A DNA stretch of 64,000 nt from positions 32,001 through 96,000 of the forward strand of contig OY759599.1 of NCBI GenBank assembly GCA_963662465.1, in the 5' to 3' direction. The notes under the pieces are model-generated. The model did not search any database, was not told where the DNA came from, and worked only from the letters and a program-made list of their open reading frames with translations. Made by a program: the position numbers and the translations under genes. The number at the start of each line of letters is the position of its first letter. Position 1 is the stretch's first letter. The DNA is from Desulfatiglandales bacterium. Its GTDB lineage: Bacteria; Desulfobacterota; DSM-4660; Desulfatiglandales; Desulfatiglandaceae. Shown piece after piece: positions 19,966 through 30,675 of this stretch.

Positions 19966-20210
19966 GTGTAATAAGGGAAATTAGAGAAGTTCTTGATGTG
20001 TCGATTTCTATCGATATGCCGGCAAGCCTGCTTCATCGGAAAGTGGAGGTGATTGTTATTCCTTTGGATGAAATCTCCAGTGATGATGATTTTAATGGGG
20101 GGGATACCTGGCCTTACGGATTTTTTGAGAAAACGGCCGGTTGCATGGCTGATGATCCTATTCGAAGGCCAGATCAAGGGGAGTACGAACAGCGGGGGCT
20201 TCTTGCATGA
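19962..20210 (+). CDS. Putative antitoxin of a PIN toxin
   Basis: EV.VI...WP.GFFE.TAG...I.R..QG; overlaps the PIN start (ATGA). Confidence 0.65.
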   Translation: MSVIREIREVLDVSISIDMPASLLHRKVEVIVIPLDEISSDDDFNGGDTWPYGFFEKTAGCMADDPIRRPDQGEYEQRGLLA

Positions 20211-20323
20211 GATACCTTCTCGACACGAATGTGTGTATTTCGTATTTGAATAACCCTCAGTCACTCGTTCGTTTTCATCTCGAGCGCTCGGAACCAAGCT
20301 CCATACGCACAAAACTCATATAG
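20207..20323 (+). pseudogene. vapC: Truncated VapC (PIN) toxin
   Basis: MRYLLDTNVCISYLN, stops after 38 aa. Confidence 0.75.
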
Positions 20324-20399
20324 AGTTGTATAGAAGATGGCTCAATTGTAAAGAAAATCCTTTGTCCCCCCCTTGCGTGCAGCATTAGGAGCAGAGAAA

Positions 20400-20675
20400 A
20401 TGGAAGTAACTTGCTTTGTAAAAAGAGAAGGTAATCAATACGCTTCTTTGTGCGTAGAACTGGATGTTGCCTCCTGCGGGAGAACCAAGACAGATGCACT
20501 TGATGGTCTTAAACGCGCTATCGAAACATATATAGAATACATGGTTTCCGAGGGCCGTCAAAAAGACATCTATAGACCTGTTCCAATGAATGAGTTGAAA
20601 ACATTCCTATTTCCTGAAGATACGTTGGAGGAGAAAAGTCTTAAAGCGATTCCTTTGAGCTTCCAATATGCTTAA
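20400..20675 (+). CDS. hicB: HicB-like antitoxin
   Basis: YASLCVELDVASCGRT..DAL..LK.AI..Y. Confidence 0.8.
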   Translation: MEVTCFVKREGNQYASLCVELDVASCGRTKTDALDGLKRAIETYIEYMVSEGRQKDIYRPVPMNELKTFLFPEDTLEEKSLKAIPLSFQYA

Positions 20676-20727
20676 GAATTTATCAAGCCGGGATGTCGCA
20701 TGGGTGTTGAGTCAACTTGGTATTTAG
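20668..20727 (+). pseudogene. Truncated HicA-like toxin
   Basis: MLKNLSSRDVAWVLSQLG* overlapping the hicB stop. Confidence 0.5.
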
Positions 20728-20741
20728 ACAGATAGATATAA

Positions 20742-20852
20742 GAGTTGGCAACTCAAAACCCAACACTCAAAACCCAACACCATCTTTGCTCTCTCCGTTA
20801 CCTTCTGTAAAAAGCCCTTAAAAAAAAATCCTGTAAAATCCTGTAAATCCTG
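20742..20852 (+). repeat. Composite repeat (heptamer arm + CTTTGCTCTC...CTTCTGT + AATCCTGT arm), copy 1
   Basis: Near-identical direct copy at 22696-22815 and a partial copy at ~23995-24056. Confidence 0.85.
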
Positions 20853-20913
20853 CCTGCCCCGTGAAACCCGTTTTTTTGTTTCTCTGGGGTCAAAAAAAAC
20901 CGGAGAACCCTTG

Positions 20914-22679
20914 ATGCAACAAAAACAACCCAATGCAACCATTAACAACGCCTCCTCTCCTCTCGACGTGTCCACCTCCCCCAGCGGAGAGGAGTTCCCT
21001 TTGCCGCGGCCCGAGGACTATAACCAGGAATTCAAGAGACTCAAGAAACTGGTGAATGAACAACGGCTCAAGGGTCGGGAAATAGTCGTTGTCATGGGTG
21101 TGGGGTTTGTAGGCGCTGTTATGGCGGGTGTGGTTGCCGACTCGGTGAATCGGGAAACGGGGGAATCCAGGTATTTCGTCATCGGTATGCAGCGGCCTTC
21201 TCCCCGATCTTTCTGGAAAATCCCGTACCTAAACAGGGGGATTGCTCCTGTGGAGGCTGAAGATCCGGATGTGGCGCCCTTGATTCAACGGTGTGTACAG
21301 GACAAGCAGACCCTCACAGCCACCTTTACCTACGATGCCCTGTCACTTGCGGATGTGGTGGTAGTGGATGTTCAGTGCGATTACCACAAGGAGAGCCTGG
21401 GGAATGTTCGTCAGGGACATGCCGACATAGAGGCACTGGAAGAGAGCCTCAAGATTATCGGAGAGAAAATAGAGCCGCACTGCCTGGTCCTGATCGAAAC
21501 GACCGTTCCTCCCGGCACCACGGAGTATGTGGCATACCCCATCATAAAAAGGGCCTTTGAAGCGCGCGGGCTTTTTCAGAAACCGACCTCTGACGTCTGT
21601 CCTCCGTCCTCTGACGTCTGTCCTCTGACTTCTGACTTCCGTCCTCCGACCTCAGTCCTCCGAAAAACGGCGGAGCCGCTTTTAGCCCATTCATTTGAGC
21701 GGGTAATGCCGGGGCGGGAATACGTGGCCTCCATTCGCGACTTCTGGCGCGTGTGCTCCGGCATCAACGATGAAGCCAGAGAGCGGGTGGTGGTGTTTCT
21801 GTCCAACATACTCAATGTAGATAAGTTCCCCCTGACCGTGCTGGACCGGCCGATTGAAAGCGAGACCTGCAAGATCGTAGAGAACTCCTACAGAGCCACC
21901 ATTCTGGCATTCATGGACGAATGGAGTCGGTTTTCCGAGAAAAACGGGGTTGACCTCATCAAGGTCGTGAAGGCCATCAAGGTGCGACCCACGCACGCCA
22001 ACATGATTTTCCCCGGCCCCGGCATTGGGGGATACTGCCTTCCGAAAGACGGAGGTCTTGGCGTCTGGGCCTATCATACGCTTATGGGGTTTGAAGATGA
22101 CATCTTCAAAATCACCCCGATGGCCATCGACATCAACGATACCCGTGCCCTGCATGTGGCCCAGTTGGTGCGTGATGCGCTGCGGAATATGGGACGGATA
22201 GTGGCCGCCTCCAAAATTGCGGTATTGGGCGCTTCCTACCGGGAAGATGTGGGTGACACGCGTTACAGCGGTTCAGAGATGGTCGTCCGGAAACTCACGG
22301 AGATGGGCGCGGATGTGGTGGTTCATGATCCGTATGTCAGCCACTGGTGGGAGCTGGAAAAGCAGGATACCTATCCCTCTCCCGGCCCCGGTTTTTCAGG
22401 AACCAGGACAAACTGAAGGAAATCTCAGTTCAGGATGACCTGAATAAGACCCTGTCCGGAGCTGATGCCGTTATTTTGGCGGTGCGACACCGGGCCTATC
22501 TTGGTTTGGACCCGGATGGGGTGGTGGAAATGATCGGTGGTCCGGCGGCTGTGGTGGACTGCTTCGGGGTGTTGGATGATGCGGCCATCAAGCGGTATTT
22601 CGAGTTGGGCTGCGAGGTCAAGGGACTTGGGCGGGGGCATATTAAGCGGATTAAGGATGCGGTCAGAGCTTCTGCGTAG
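20914..22679 (+). pseudogene. UDP-glucose/GDP-mannose dehydrogenase family gene, frameshifted near 22390
   Basis: GVGFVG, ETTVPPGTT, KIVENSYR, GPGIGGYCLPKD; the C-terminus (RFFRNQ...GLGRGH) is in another frame. Confidence 0.85.
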
Positions 22680-22695
22680 GGAACTATAAATGTAA

Positions 22696-22815
22696 GAGTT
22701 GGCAACTCAAAACCCAAAACTCAAAACTCAAAACCCAAAACCATCTTTGCTCTCTTCGTTACCTTCTGTAAAAAGCCCTTAAAAAAAATCCTGTAAAATC
22801 CTGTTAATCCTGTCA
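22696..22815 (+). repeat. Composite repeat, copy 2
   Basis: Direct repeat of 20742-20852 with one extra heptamer. Confidence 0.85.
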
Positions 22816-22852
22816 AAAAAAGAGTTATGGAATTATGAACAATGTCCCCCAT

Positions 22853-22916
22853 TCCCCTCTATCTCACAGAGGATGACCAAAAGAAAATTGCGGCTGCTAT
22901 CGGGGATAGACCATAG
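22853..22916 (+). pseudogene. Third variant of a DegT aminotransferase 3' end
   Basis: PLYLTEDDQKKIAAAIGDRP*, immediately after a TGTCCCCCATT motif. Confidence 0.55.
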
Positions 22917-23113
22917 CCTAATACCTATCGCCCATAGGGGGAGGAATATGAGGGAAACCAGTGGCATTATGAACTGGGAGAGAAAGGGGCTGCTTACAGT
23001 GCCAATTTTGCCCCCAAAAATGTACTTCTAAGCCCAGAAAACGCATATATTTTGGACTTAAATATTGAATAATCAATAGGATAGTTTGGTCAGACCTCAG
23101 ACTGCAGCATGAC

Positions 23114-23968
23114 ATGAGCGCAGAAAATAAAATTCAGTTATTTCAAAACCAAAGCGTAAGAACACATTGGGATGAAGAACAAGAAAAATGGTTTTTTTCT
23201 ATTGTGGATGTTATTGCAATTTTAACGGAGCAAAAAGATTATCAAGGAGCAAGAAATTACTGGAAAGTATTAAAACATAGACTTGTAAAAGAAGGAAACG
23301 AAACGGTTACAAATTGTAACCGTTTGAAAATGATTGCCAAAGATGGCAAAATGCGAATGACTGATGTAGCTGATACTCAACAGCTATTACGTCTTATCCA
23401 ATCTGTTCCATCGCCGAAAGCAGAGCCTTTTAAAATCTGGTTGGCAAAAGTAGGTGCACAGCGGATAGACGAAATAGAGGATCCCGAACTATCTTTTGAA
23501 CGTGCTATGGAAACCTACCTTGCAAAAGGATACTCCAGGGAGTGGATAAACCAACGCCTGAAAAGTATTGAAGTTAGAAAAGAACTAACAGACGAATGGC
23601 AAGAAAGAGGAATGAAACAAGGCTTGGAATACGCCATTTTAACCAATGAACTCACTCAAGCCTGGGCCGGAAAAAATGTAAAAGAATACAAGAAATACAA
23701 AGGGTTGAAAAAGGAAAACTTGCGAGATAATATGAGCAACCTTGAACTGGTTTTGAATATGCTTGCAGAAGCTTCTACAGCAGAAATATCGAAAGAAAAG
23801 ATACCAAAAGGATTAGAAGAAAATAAGGATATTGCTCGTAAAGGTGGTAATGCTGCTAAAAAAGCAAGATTGGAGATTGAAAAACAAACAGGGAAACCAG
23901 TCGTAACAACTAAAAATGCAAACAACCTTTTAGACAAACCTAATCATGAAAATATTGAAAATGAGTAA
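23114..23968 (+). CDS. Bro-N domain protein
   Basis: VRT.WD.E.EKWFFSIVDV, IQSVPSPKAEPFK.WL, LRDNM. Confidence 0.88.
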   Translation: MSAENKIQLFQNQSVRTHWDEEQEKWFFSIVDVIAILTEQKDYQGARNYWKVLKHRLVKEGNETVTNCNRLKMIAKDGKMRMTDVADTQQLLRLIQSVPSPKAEPFKIWLAKVGAQRIDEIEDPELSFERAMETYLAKGYSREWINQRLKSIEVRKELTDEWQERGMKQGLEYAILTNELTQAWAGKNVKEYKKYKGLKKENLRDNMSNLELVLNMLAEASTAEISKEKIPKGLEENKDIARKGGNAAKKARLEIEKQTGKPVVTTKNANNLLDKPNHENIENE

Positions 23969-24062
23969 ATCATTAGGCTTTTACAGCTTAGTTTTCTTCC
24001 TTAACTTCTGTAAAAAGCCCGAAGCAAACATCCTGATAATCCTGTAAATCCTGTCAAAAAAA

Positions 24063-24484
24063 ATGGAGCCGGTTTTCCGAGAAAAACGGGGTTAACCTCA
24101 TCAAAGTCGTTCAGGCCATCAAGGTGCGGCCCACGCACTCCAACATGATTTTCCCCGGCCCCGGCATCGGCGGATACTGCCTTCCGAAAGATGGAGGTCT
24201 TGGCGTCTGGGCTTACCATACGCTTATGGGGTTTGAGGATGACATTTTCAAGATGACCCCTTTAGCCATCGATATTAACGACACGCGTGCCTTGCATGTG
24301 GTCCAGTTGGTGCGGGATGCTCTGCGGAATATGGGACGGATCGTGGGGGCATCCCGGATTGCGGTTTTGGGCGCCTCCTACCGGGAAGACGTGGGCGATA
24401 CGCGTTACAGCGGTTCTGAGATGGTCGTCCGAAAACTCACTGAAATGGGCGCTGAAGTGGTGGTCCACGATCCGTATGTCAGCC
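24063..24484 (+). pseudogene. Diverged 422-bp duplicate of an internal dehydrogenase segment (21921-22342)
   Basis: Colinear alignment; mostly synonymous differences. Confidence 0.9.
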
Positions 24485-24491
24485 TTTCAGC

Positions 24492-24695
24492 CTGATTCGG
24501 AAAAGAGTCGTTGAAAAGATACCGGAAGTCATAGAGTTTGAACCGGAATAGCGTGATTTTCGCCAAGGTGATGTGCGGCACTCTTTGGCGGACATTTCAA
24601 AGGCAAGGGAAAAGTTGGGGTTTGCGCCGAGATTTTCTGTGAAAGAAGGACTTGAAAAATCGGGAGACTGGTATCTCCATAAGTTTGCTGGATAG
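24492..24695 (+). pseudogene. 3' fragment of an NAD-dependent epimerase (WbpP-like)
   Basis: RDFRQGDVRHSLADISKAREKLGFAP..SVKEGL...WY, with an internal stop. Confidence 0.75.
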
Positions 24696-24802
24696 TCATG
24701 ATACAACAAGTAACGGACGAGGATAGAGAGTAATCTTCATTATCTACCGACGTCCCCCCCCATTCCACGTCCCCCCCATTCCATATAAGTATTGGAGGAA
24801 TT

Positions 24803-25036
24803 ATGGAAGCTTTTGAGTTTGAAACCGTTCATGAAAATGGAATGATCACAATACCCGATGAAATTAGACATAACTTAACGAAGAAACTTAAGATAATTAT
24901 TCTGACCCAAGAGGAAAAAGAAACTGCTTTAAGTAAACTGTTGCTTGATGCTCCTACATGGAATGAATCTTATATAACTGAGTTTTATAAAGAAATTCGA
25001 GAAGGATATGCAGATTGGAAGATAGACGAATTCTAG
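24803..25036 (+). CDS. Putative antitoxin
   Basis: MEAFEFET...G.I.IP; overlaps the PIN gene; GGAGG RBS. Confidence 0.65.
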   Translation: MEAFEFETVHENGMITIPDEIRHNLTKKLKIIILTQEEKETALSKLLLDAPTWNESYITEFYKEIREGYADWKIDEF

Positions 25037-25404
25037 TTGACACTTCTGTTGTTATTGATCACTTCAGAAAGAAAAATAAACAAAAGTCATTACTTTATGA
25101 ACTGGCAAAAGATAACAAATTGTTTTTGTCTGCGATAAGCAAATTTGAGTTTTTGGTAGGTACAAAACCTTCCCAAATTAGTCAAACAGAAAAACTAATT
25201 GAAGGGTTTTTTATTTTATCTTTCAATTCTAATGTTGCTGCTGTTGCAAGTGATATTGCCAAAAAATTAAAAACAAAAAATAAAATTATCGAATTTAGAG
25301 ATATATTTATTGCTGCAACAGCTATTGCCAACGATATACCGCTATCTACTTTAAATATTAAACATTTCGAAAGAATAGATGATTTAGAATTAATTGGTTT
25401 TTAG
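25015..25404 (+). CDS. vapC: VapC (PIN) toxin
   Basis: ILVDTSVVID, D.FIAATA, TLN.KHF. Confidence 0.9.
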   Translation: MEDRRILVDTSVVIDHFRKKNKQKSLLYELAKDNKLFLSAISKFEFLVGTKPSQISQTEKLIEGFFILSFNSNVAAVASDIAKKLKTKNKIIEFRDIFIAATAIANDIPLSTLNIKHFERIDDLELIGF

Positions 25405-25507
25405 ATTGTAATGTTTTGAAAGTCGCGTCGCGATTCTATCTGGAAAAGAATAGTGGAATAGTGACAACGTCCCCCATTAAGCGAATTGCGATCCTGGGGC
25501 ATCCTAT

Positions 25508-25646
25508 CGTGAGGCACTCTCATGCAACTACGGAAAAAGCAAAGCACTTGATCGGTTATGATCCTTGTTTCTCAATCAATGATGGACTCAAAGAAACCGC
25601 TAAATGGCAGTGGAAAAAATTCCCCTTAACAAAAGCTGAAGGATAA
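25508..25646 (+). pseudogene. Second epimerase 3' fragment
   Basis: VRHSHAT.EKAK.LIGYDP.FSI.DGL.ETA.W. Confidence 0.6.
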
Positions 25647-25654
25647 AATTTCAT

Positions 25655-26788
25655 TTGGAAAACCCCACATACGTCACAAGACCCGCGCTCCCTCCCCTGT
25701 CGGAATTTGTTGAGTATCTCGAAAAAATCTGGCAAAGCAAGATCCTCACCAACAACGGTCCTTTTCATCAGGAGCTTGAAAAAGAGTTGGCCCGGTATCT
25801 GGGCGTAGAATACCTCTCCCTTTTTTCCAACGGGACCCTGGCATTGGTGACGGCGCTTCAGGTCCTGCGCATCAGCGGAGAGGTCATCACCACGCCTTTT
25901 AGCTTTGTGGCCACCACTCATGCCCTGTGGTGGAACAACATCAAGCCCGTGTTTGTGGATGTTGAGCCCGAAACCTTCAACCTGGACCCCACCAAAATCG
26001 AGTCGGCCATCACGCCCAAAACCACAGCTCTGTTACCGGTACACGTTTATGGCAACCCGTGCGATGTGGATAAGCTTCGGGCAATCTGCGATATCTACGG
26101 TCTCCGGTTGATCTACGATGCAGCCCATACTTTCGGAGTCAAAATCAACGGCTCCTCAATTGTTGATTTCGGAGATCTTTCCGTACTCAGTTTCCACGCC
26201 ACCAAGGTTTTTAATACGTTTGAGGGCGGTGCCATTGTATGCCATGACGAGGCCACCAAAAAGCGGATCGACTACTTGAAAAATTTCGGGTTTGCAGGAG
26301 AAACCGTTGTTGTGGCCCCCGGCGTCAACGCCAAAATGAACGAATGCCAGGCGGCCCTGGGACTTCTTCAGCTCAAATACATAGATGAAAATATTAAAAA
26401 GCGAAAGGCCGTTGCAGACAGATACCGGGAAGGATTGCGACAGATAAAGGGGATGAGCTTTCTTGAGGACATACCCGGAGTGCATCACAACTATGCGTAT
26501 TTTCCCATCTTCGTTGATGAAGCCGAATATGGCTATTCACGGGACGTTCTGTACGAAGAACTGAAACGCCACAACATTTACGGACGGCGATATTTCTATC
26601 CCTTGATCAGTACCTTTCCCGCCTACCGCAGTCTCGAGTCCGCAGACCCAAAGAACCTGTCAGTGGCCTCCCGTGTTGCCGATCAGGTCATATGCCTGCC
26701 CATTTTTCCGGATCTGGAGCAAGAGGTTCAGGACAGGGTCATTGAGATTTGCACGGAAATGTCTTACACTGCCCAATCAAGCGCATAG
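25655..26788 (+). CDS. vioA: DegT-family aminotransferase, VioA-like
   Basis: YVTRP.LP, LTNNGP, NGTLAL, SFHATKVFNTFEGG, RRYFYP. Confidence 0.85.
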   Translation: MENPTYVTRPALPPLSEFVEYLEKIWQSKILTNNGPFHQELEKELARYLGVEYLSLFSNGTLALVTALQVLRISGEVITTPFSFVATTHALWWNNIKPVFVDVEPETFNLDPTKIESAITPKTTALLPVHVYGNPCDVDKLRAICDIYGLRLIYDAAHTFGVKINGSSIVDFGDLSVLSFHATKVFNTFEGGAIVCHDEATKKRIDYLKNFGFAGETVVVAPGVNAKMNECQAALGLLQLKYIDENIKKRKAVADRYREGLRQIKGMSFLEDIPGVHHNYAYFPIFVDEAEYGYSRDVLYEELKRHNIYGRRYFYPLISTFPAYRSLESADPKNLSVASRVADQVICLPIFPDLEQEVQDRVIEICTEMSYTAQSSA

Positions 26789-26839
26789 GACGTTGATTGA
26801 TTTGTCATACTTTGGCCATTGTGTGGAACACATCAACGG

Positions 26840-26980
26840 ATGAACAAGTATGTGAAATATTGGATCGACTCGGCAGCTTATGAGTTTGAGGTTGCAGAAT
26901 CACTTTTTGAAAATGAAAAGAGAAAATGGCTCCTCAAAAAGATAACCTGCTACCTAAAATATGCAATCGCTGATACGTAA
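26840..26980 (+). pseudogene. HEPN protein remnant with an internal deletion
   Basis: MNKYVKYWIDSAAYEFEVAESLFEN joined to KWLLKKI. Confidence 0.5.
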
Positions 26981-27363
26981 TTTGTTGACATAGTATTGAA
27001 AATAGCGGAAATTTAATACTGCAGCTCTCTACGACCCTGAGCCGCCAGAATTCAGAATTCCCACCGACCAAACGGTTTGCCGCTCAGAAAAAGCGGTGGA
27101 CCAGCCAAAAATGGACCAAACAGCCAAAAAAAGAAAACACCAATCCCCTGGAAAGAGAATCAGCGTTTTTTTCAGGCCAGACTTATGTGGTTTATTCCCG
27201 AGCTACTCGATCTGAATGATATTTTGAATGGATTTAGGAATTGGGGATGGTCTCAGCTCCAGGGATTTTGCAAATTGATTGGTGATCTTGACAATGAATG
27301 AAAGTGCGCGCTTGAGTAGCAATGTGATACCGGCCATCTGCCCGAGGATGTTGGATCTAAAAC

Positions 27364-29043
27364 CAATACCCGTGAATGAATGATGTTCATGCTGCCTTTT
27401 TGTACAGGACTTCCACATCTTGATTGAAATGGACGGTTTGCGATTTATCCTTGCTACGCTTTCGTTTGAAATTAGACATTTTTACTTTTATGACCCGTGG
27501 ATTACGTCTGGGTCTGCGTGGTCTATCAATTTTTGATTCTGCGATCATTTTAAGCAGAAAAGACCGCTTTTCTTTTCTCTTTCCCGTTATCATACTCATG
27601 AGTGGGGCACTTTGTATGATAAGATCGACAGTATCTACGAAACTGATCAACAAAGGATCACCGCCTTCCATGTTTGTTGCTTCTTGGATCAAAGAGCGAA
27701 TCAGATTGTATACGATCATTATTGAATACAATTCCTGTTCAACCAAATCACTGCGTTTACTACGAATTATGGTCGGCATTTGCCCTTTAAGAGTAGCGCA
27801 CTGATGAGTTTTAATTTCATCAAAAGCAATTTCTATATCCCAGCGCTTATGATAATGGGTGACAATCTCTTTTGCGCTGATATCTGAATCCAAGAGGCTT
27901 GTAATTAAACGTACAGGTCGAAAACCTGGAATTTGGAAATGAATTACACGAACGATTATTTCAACCTTTTTCCATTTTTTCCGGCCGGTTTTCGGGTCTT
28001 CCGATTCAACGATTTTCCCGTCAATTTTGCTCAGATAACTGCCGTCAAGCATTTGGGAACCAGGAATTGGTTTTAATTTTCCCGATTTTGCTATTTTCAT
28101 AATGTGTTGAATCCCATTCTCGAACATATAATTGGCCAAATCAAATGAGTAAAATCCAGCATCAAAAAGCAATAATGCGCTTTCTATTGAACATCTTTTC
28201 AGGATTTGAAACATCAAGGTTCTTTCGCCGGTCTTTTTTCCTTTGTAGGGAGCATAAGCAATATCTATAATTCGACGGGCAGTCAGACCCATTAATGCAA
28301 CCAATCTCATTTGCGGGAATGCGCCGTAGCCTCTTCCCGAGTTGTGTTTTCCAAACTTTTGCCAATTGCTTTCAGTGTCCGGCATTGTCAAGGAGGTACC
28401 ATCAAACATAGCGGTTCTCATTCCATGAAAATCAGGAGGTTCAATGTCTTTGAAAGTCGAAGCAAATCTGTAAAAAATGGTACGAAAGACGTCAATTCCC
28501 ATTTTGGATCGAGCATGGCTAATCGTGCCTGCTTTTACAAATTTTCCATGGAAATCCAAATCCTTCCAGCGCATACCGGCGACCAGCCAGTTCAAAGTTT
28601 TGTCGTAATTCAAGTTTCGACGCAAAGCTAATGCAAAGCATAGCCAAACCAAAACAACCGGCGTCAGAATCGTGCCTTTCCTGTATTTGTCTTTCTGATG
28701 TTCTTTGAGAGCATCCTCAATGATCGGTTGAATAATTTTTTCAAAAGGAGCAAACTCAAAATCACTTTCAATTTTGGAAAAAATTTCTGAAACCCTTTTG
28801 ATCATGACTCTATCCTCGTCTAAGTTTTCTGATTAGTTGGTCTTTACATGAACCCATCAGAGTTTAAACGAGTATGAAGCGAATGTCCCGCTCCGTATTG
28901 CGGCATTATTCGCTAAAATCAGCCGTATGGCCTTATTAGATCGTTTTTTCTCGCTTTTATATAGAATTTCTTTTTATTTTGACGATTATCTTTACTGAGG
29001 ATTGGCCTCAGAAAAAGTGAAGCCAATTCATTCACGGGTATTG
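27364..29043 (-). mobile_element. IS4-family element
   Basis: 17-bp IRs CAATACCCGTGAATGAA; 10-bp duplication GATCTAAAAC. Confidence 0.92.
27387..28805 (-). CDS. IS4-family transposase
   Basis: FDGTSL, FPQMRLV, LFDAGF, YHKRWDIEIAFDEIK (YREK motif). Confidence 0.93.
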   Translation of the reverse strand: MIKRVSEIFSKIESDFEFAPFEKIIQPIIEDALKEHQKDKYRKGTILTPVVLVWLCFALALRRNLNYDKTLNWLVAGMRWKDLDFHGKFVKAGTISHARSKMGIDVFRTIFYRFASTFKDIEPPDFHGMRTAMFDGTSLTMPDTESNWQKFGKHNSGRGYGAFPQMRLVALMGLTARRIIDIAYAPYKGKKTGERTLMFQILKRCSIESALLLFDAGFYSFDLANYMFENGIQHIMKIAKSGKLKPIPGSQMLDGSYLSKIDGKIVESEDPKTGRKKWKKVEIIVRVIHFQIPGFRPVRLITSLLDSDISAKEIVTHYHKRWDIEIAFDEIKTHQCATLKGQMPTIIRSKRSDLVEQELYSIMIVYNLIRSLIQEATNMEGGDPLLISFVDTVDLIIQSAPLMSMITGKRKEKRSFLLKMIAESKIDRPRRPRRNPRVIKVKMSNFKRKRSKDKSQTVHFNQDVEVLYKKAA

Positions 29044-29517
29044 GATCTAAAACCATTTAAAACCCGCGGTTTTTCAAGGATCTTGATATCTTCTTTAAGG
29101 GTGCTGTTGGCGCGTTCAGCAGCGGACCGCAAATTCTTGATGGTGTTGTACCGTCCGGACCCTCTTGGAATTTCATTGATCAGACGCGGATACTCTTTGA
29201 TGGACATGTGCTTTGCAAAACCGGTTCGATTTCCAATATGAGGGGATTGGGAGATATTGTAGACGGCTTGAAGATTTTCCAGGGTGGTCTTATTGAGCTT
29301 AAGACACTGCTTGAAACAACAAAAGGTCAACCGCTGATGCTCCTGGTCAAACCCATTGGGCAGGGTAAGGAGTCCACAAGGGGCAAAAGGCCAGCCGTTC
29401 TGATCATACCCCCGATTCAAAATGGCAGTTTTGGATAAATCTTCGTTTCTTCGATTGTAATCAATGGTGGTCTTGGTCCGGATATAATAGCCGGTTTTAT
29501 TAGTTCACGCTTTCATG

Positions 29518-29572
29518 ACCGCTTTGAGCGGTTCACAATACAAGCCTCCGGCTCTGCCGGAGATAGTTGACT
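29518..29572 (+). mobile_element. Orphan IS200-type right end
   Basis: CCGCTTTGAGCGG and CTCCGGCTCTGCCGGAG hairpins followed by TTGACT. Confidence 0.55.
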
Positions 29573-29588
29573 TTTATGGGAGAGTGTT

Positions 29589-30608
29589 GTGGAGTCATTA
29601 TTAAAAAAGTATGCAGATAAAACGACCGTGCCGTTCGTGAAAAACCCTCTGCTTGATGAGCTGATCGCTACTCTAAAAAAGAAACTTTTGCCGGTACAAA
29701 GGGAAATTGAGGCGACGTTAGTTTCTCCGCAATGGCCTGTGTTGGGGATACTTGGGAACTCCCGTTGCGGATCTACTTTTTTTCAGCAATGGCTTGCCTC
29801 GTTGGGATGTTTCTCATATCCAACAAATCTTTTAGCCCGCTTTGCGTATGCTCCAGCAATTGGCGCAATGGTTCAGAATATGCTGTTTGACCCGAAATAC
29901 GACTTTCATGGTGACTTTTCCGATATCCAATCAGTACGCGGTTTTAATAGCGATTTAGGTAAGAGCAAAGGTGCGATGGCAGCAAATGAATTTTATCATT
30001 TTTTTAGGAACTATCTTCCGAGTTTTGATATCCAATATCTTGATGAATACGAGCTTTCAAAGTCAAATGTGACAGGTCTGAAGGCAGGGCTGGCTTCCAT
30101 TGAGTCCCAGTTTAAAAAGCCTTTTATTATTAAGGCCAAAATGCTGCAGTACAATCTCGGTTTTTTTGATTCTCTCATGCCTTTTTGGGTTTATGTGCAC
30201 ATCAGACGCGATCCATTTTTTACCATGCAGTCTCTTTTGCTGGGGCGAGAAAGATATTATAACGATCGAACCCTTTGGTGGGCTGCCAAACCGAAAGAAT
30301 ATGAGTGGCTGAAAGATATGGATGTATTCAGCCAGATCGCCGGGCAGGTGTATTTTACAAACAAGGCAATCCGGCTTGGATTAGAAAACGTTCCTGTTGA
30401 GCGAAAGCTTGTCATAGACTACGAGAGGTTTTGCGAGAGACCGAAAGATTTCTATGATCAACTTGTAGAAAAGTACGCAGTGCTGGGATATGCATTGCCT
30501 TCGCAGTATTCAGGGAAGGAAATTTTTTCTGCGAGTCAGAGCGTGCGGCTCTCAAAGAGCGATGCAGATGCGTTGCGGCATGCTTATCAGGAACTTGATG
30601 GCCAGTAA
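29589..30608 (+). CDS. Sulfotransferase family protein
   Basis: ILGNSRCGST 5'-PSB-like loop, HIRRDP...S, I.YE.FC..P. Confidence 0.8.
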   Translation: MESLLKKYADKTTVPFVKNPLLDELIATLKKKLLPVQREIEATLVSPQWPVLGILGNSRCGSTFFQQWLASLGCFSYPTNLLARFAYAPAIGAMVQNMLFDPKYDFHGDFSDIQSVRGFNSDLGKSKGAMAANEFYHFFRNYLPSFDIQYLDEYELSKSNVTGLKAGLASIESQFKKPFIIKAKMLQYNLGFFDSLMPFWVYVHIRRDPFFTMQSLLLGRERYYNDRTLWWAAKPKEYEWLKDMDVFSQIAGQVYFTNKAIRLGLENVPVERKLVIDYERFCERPKDFYDQLVEKYAVLGYALPSQYSGKEIFSASQSVRLSKSDADALRHAYQELDGQ

Positions 30609-30675
30609 CGCCCGCATGGAATGCCTTGCCTATAGACTTTAAAGAACAATTGCTGAGAGTTTTGGTTCGGCTAAT

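Larger units (their letters stand above)
27203..29495 (-). pseudogene. Transposase C-terminal remnant interrupted by IS4
   Basis: ...RSAAERANSTLKED...NGFRS continues as NILGQMAGITLLLKR... across the IS4 insertion. Confidence 0.65.
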
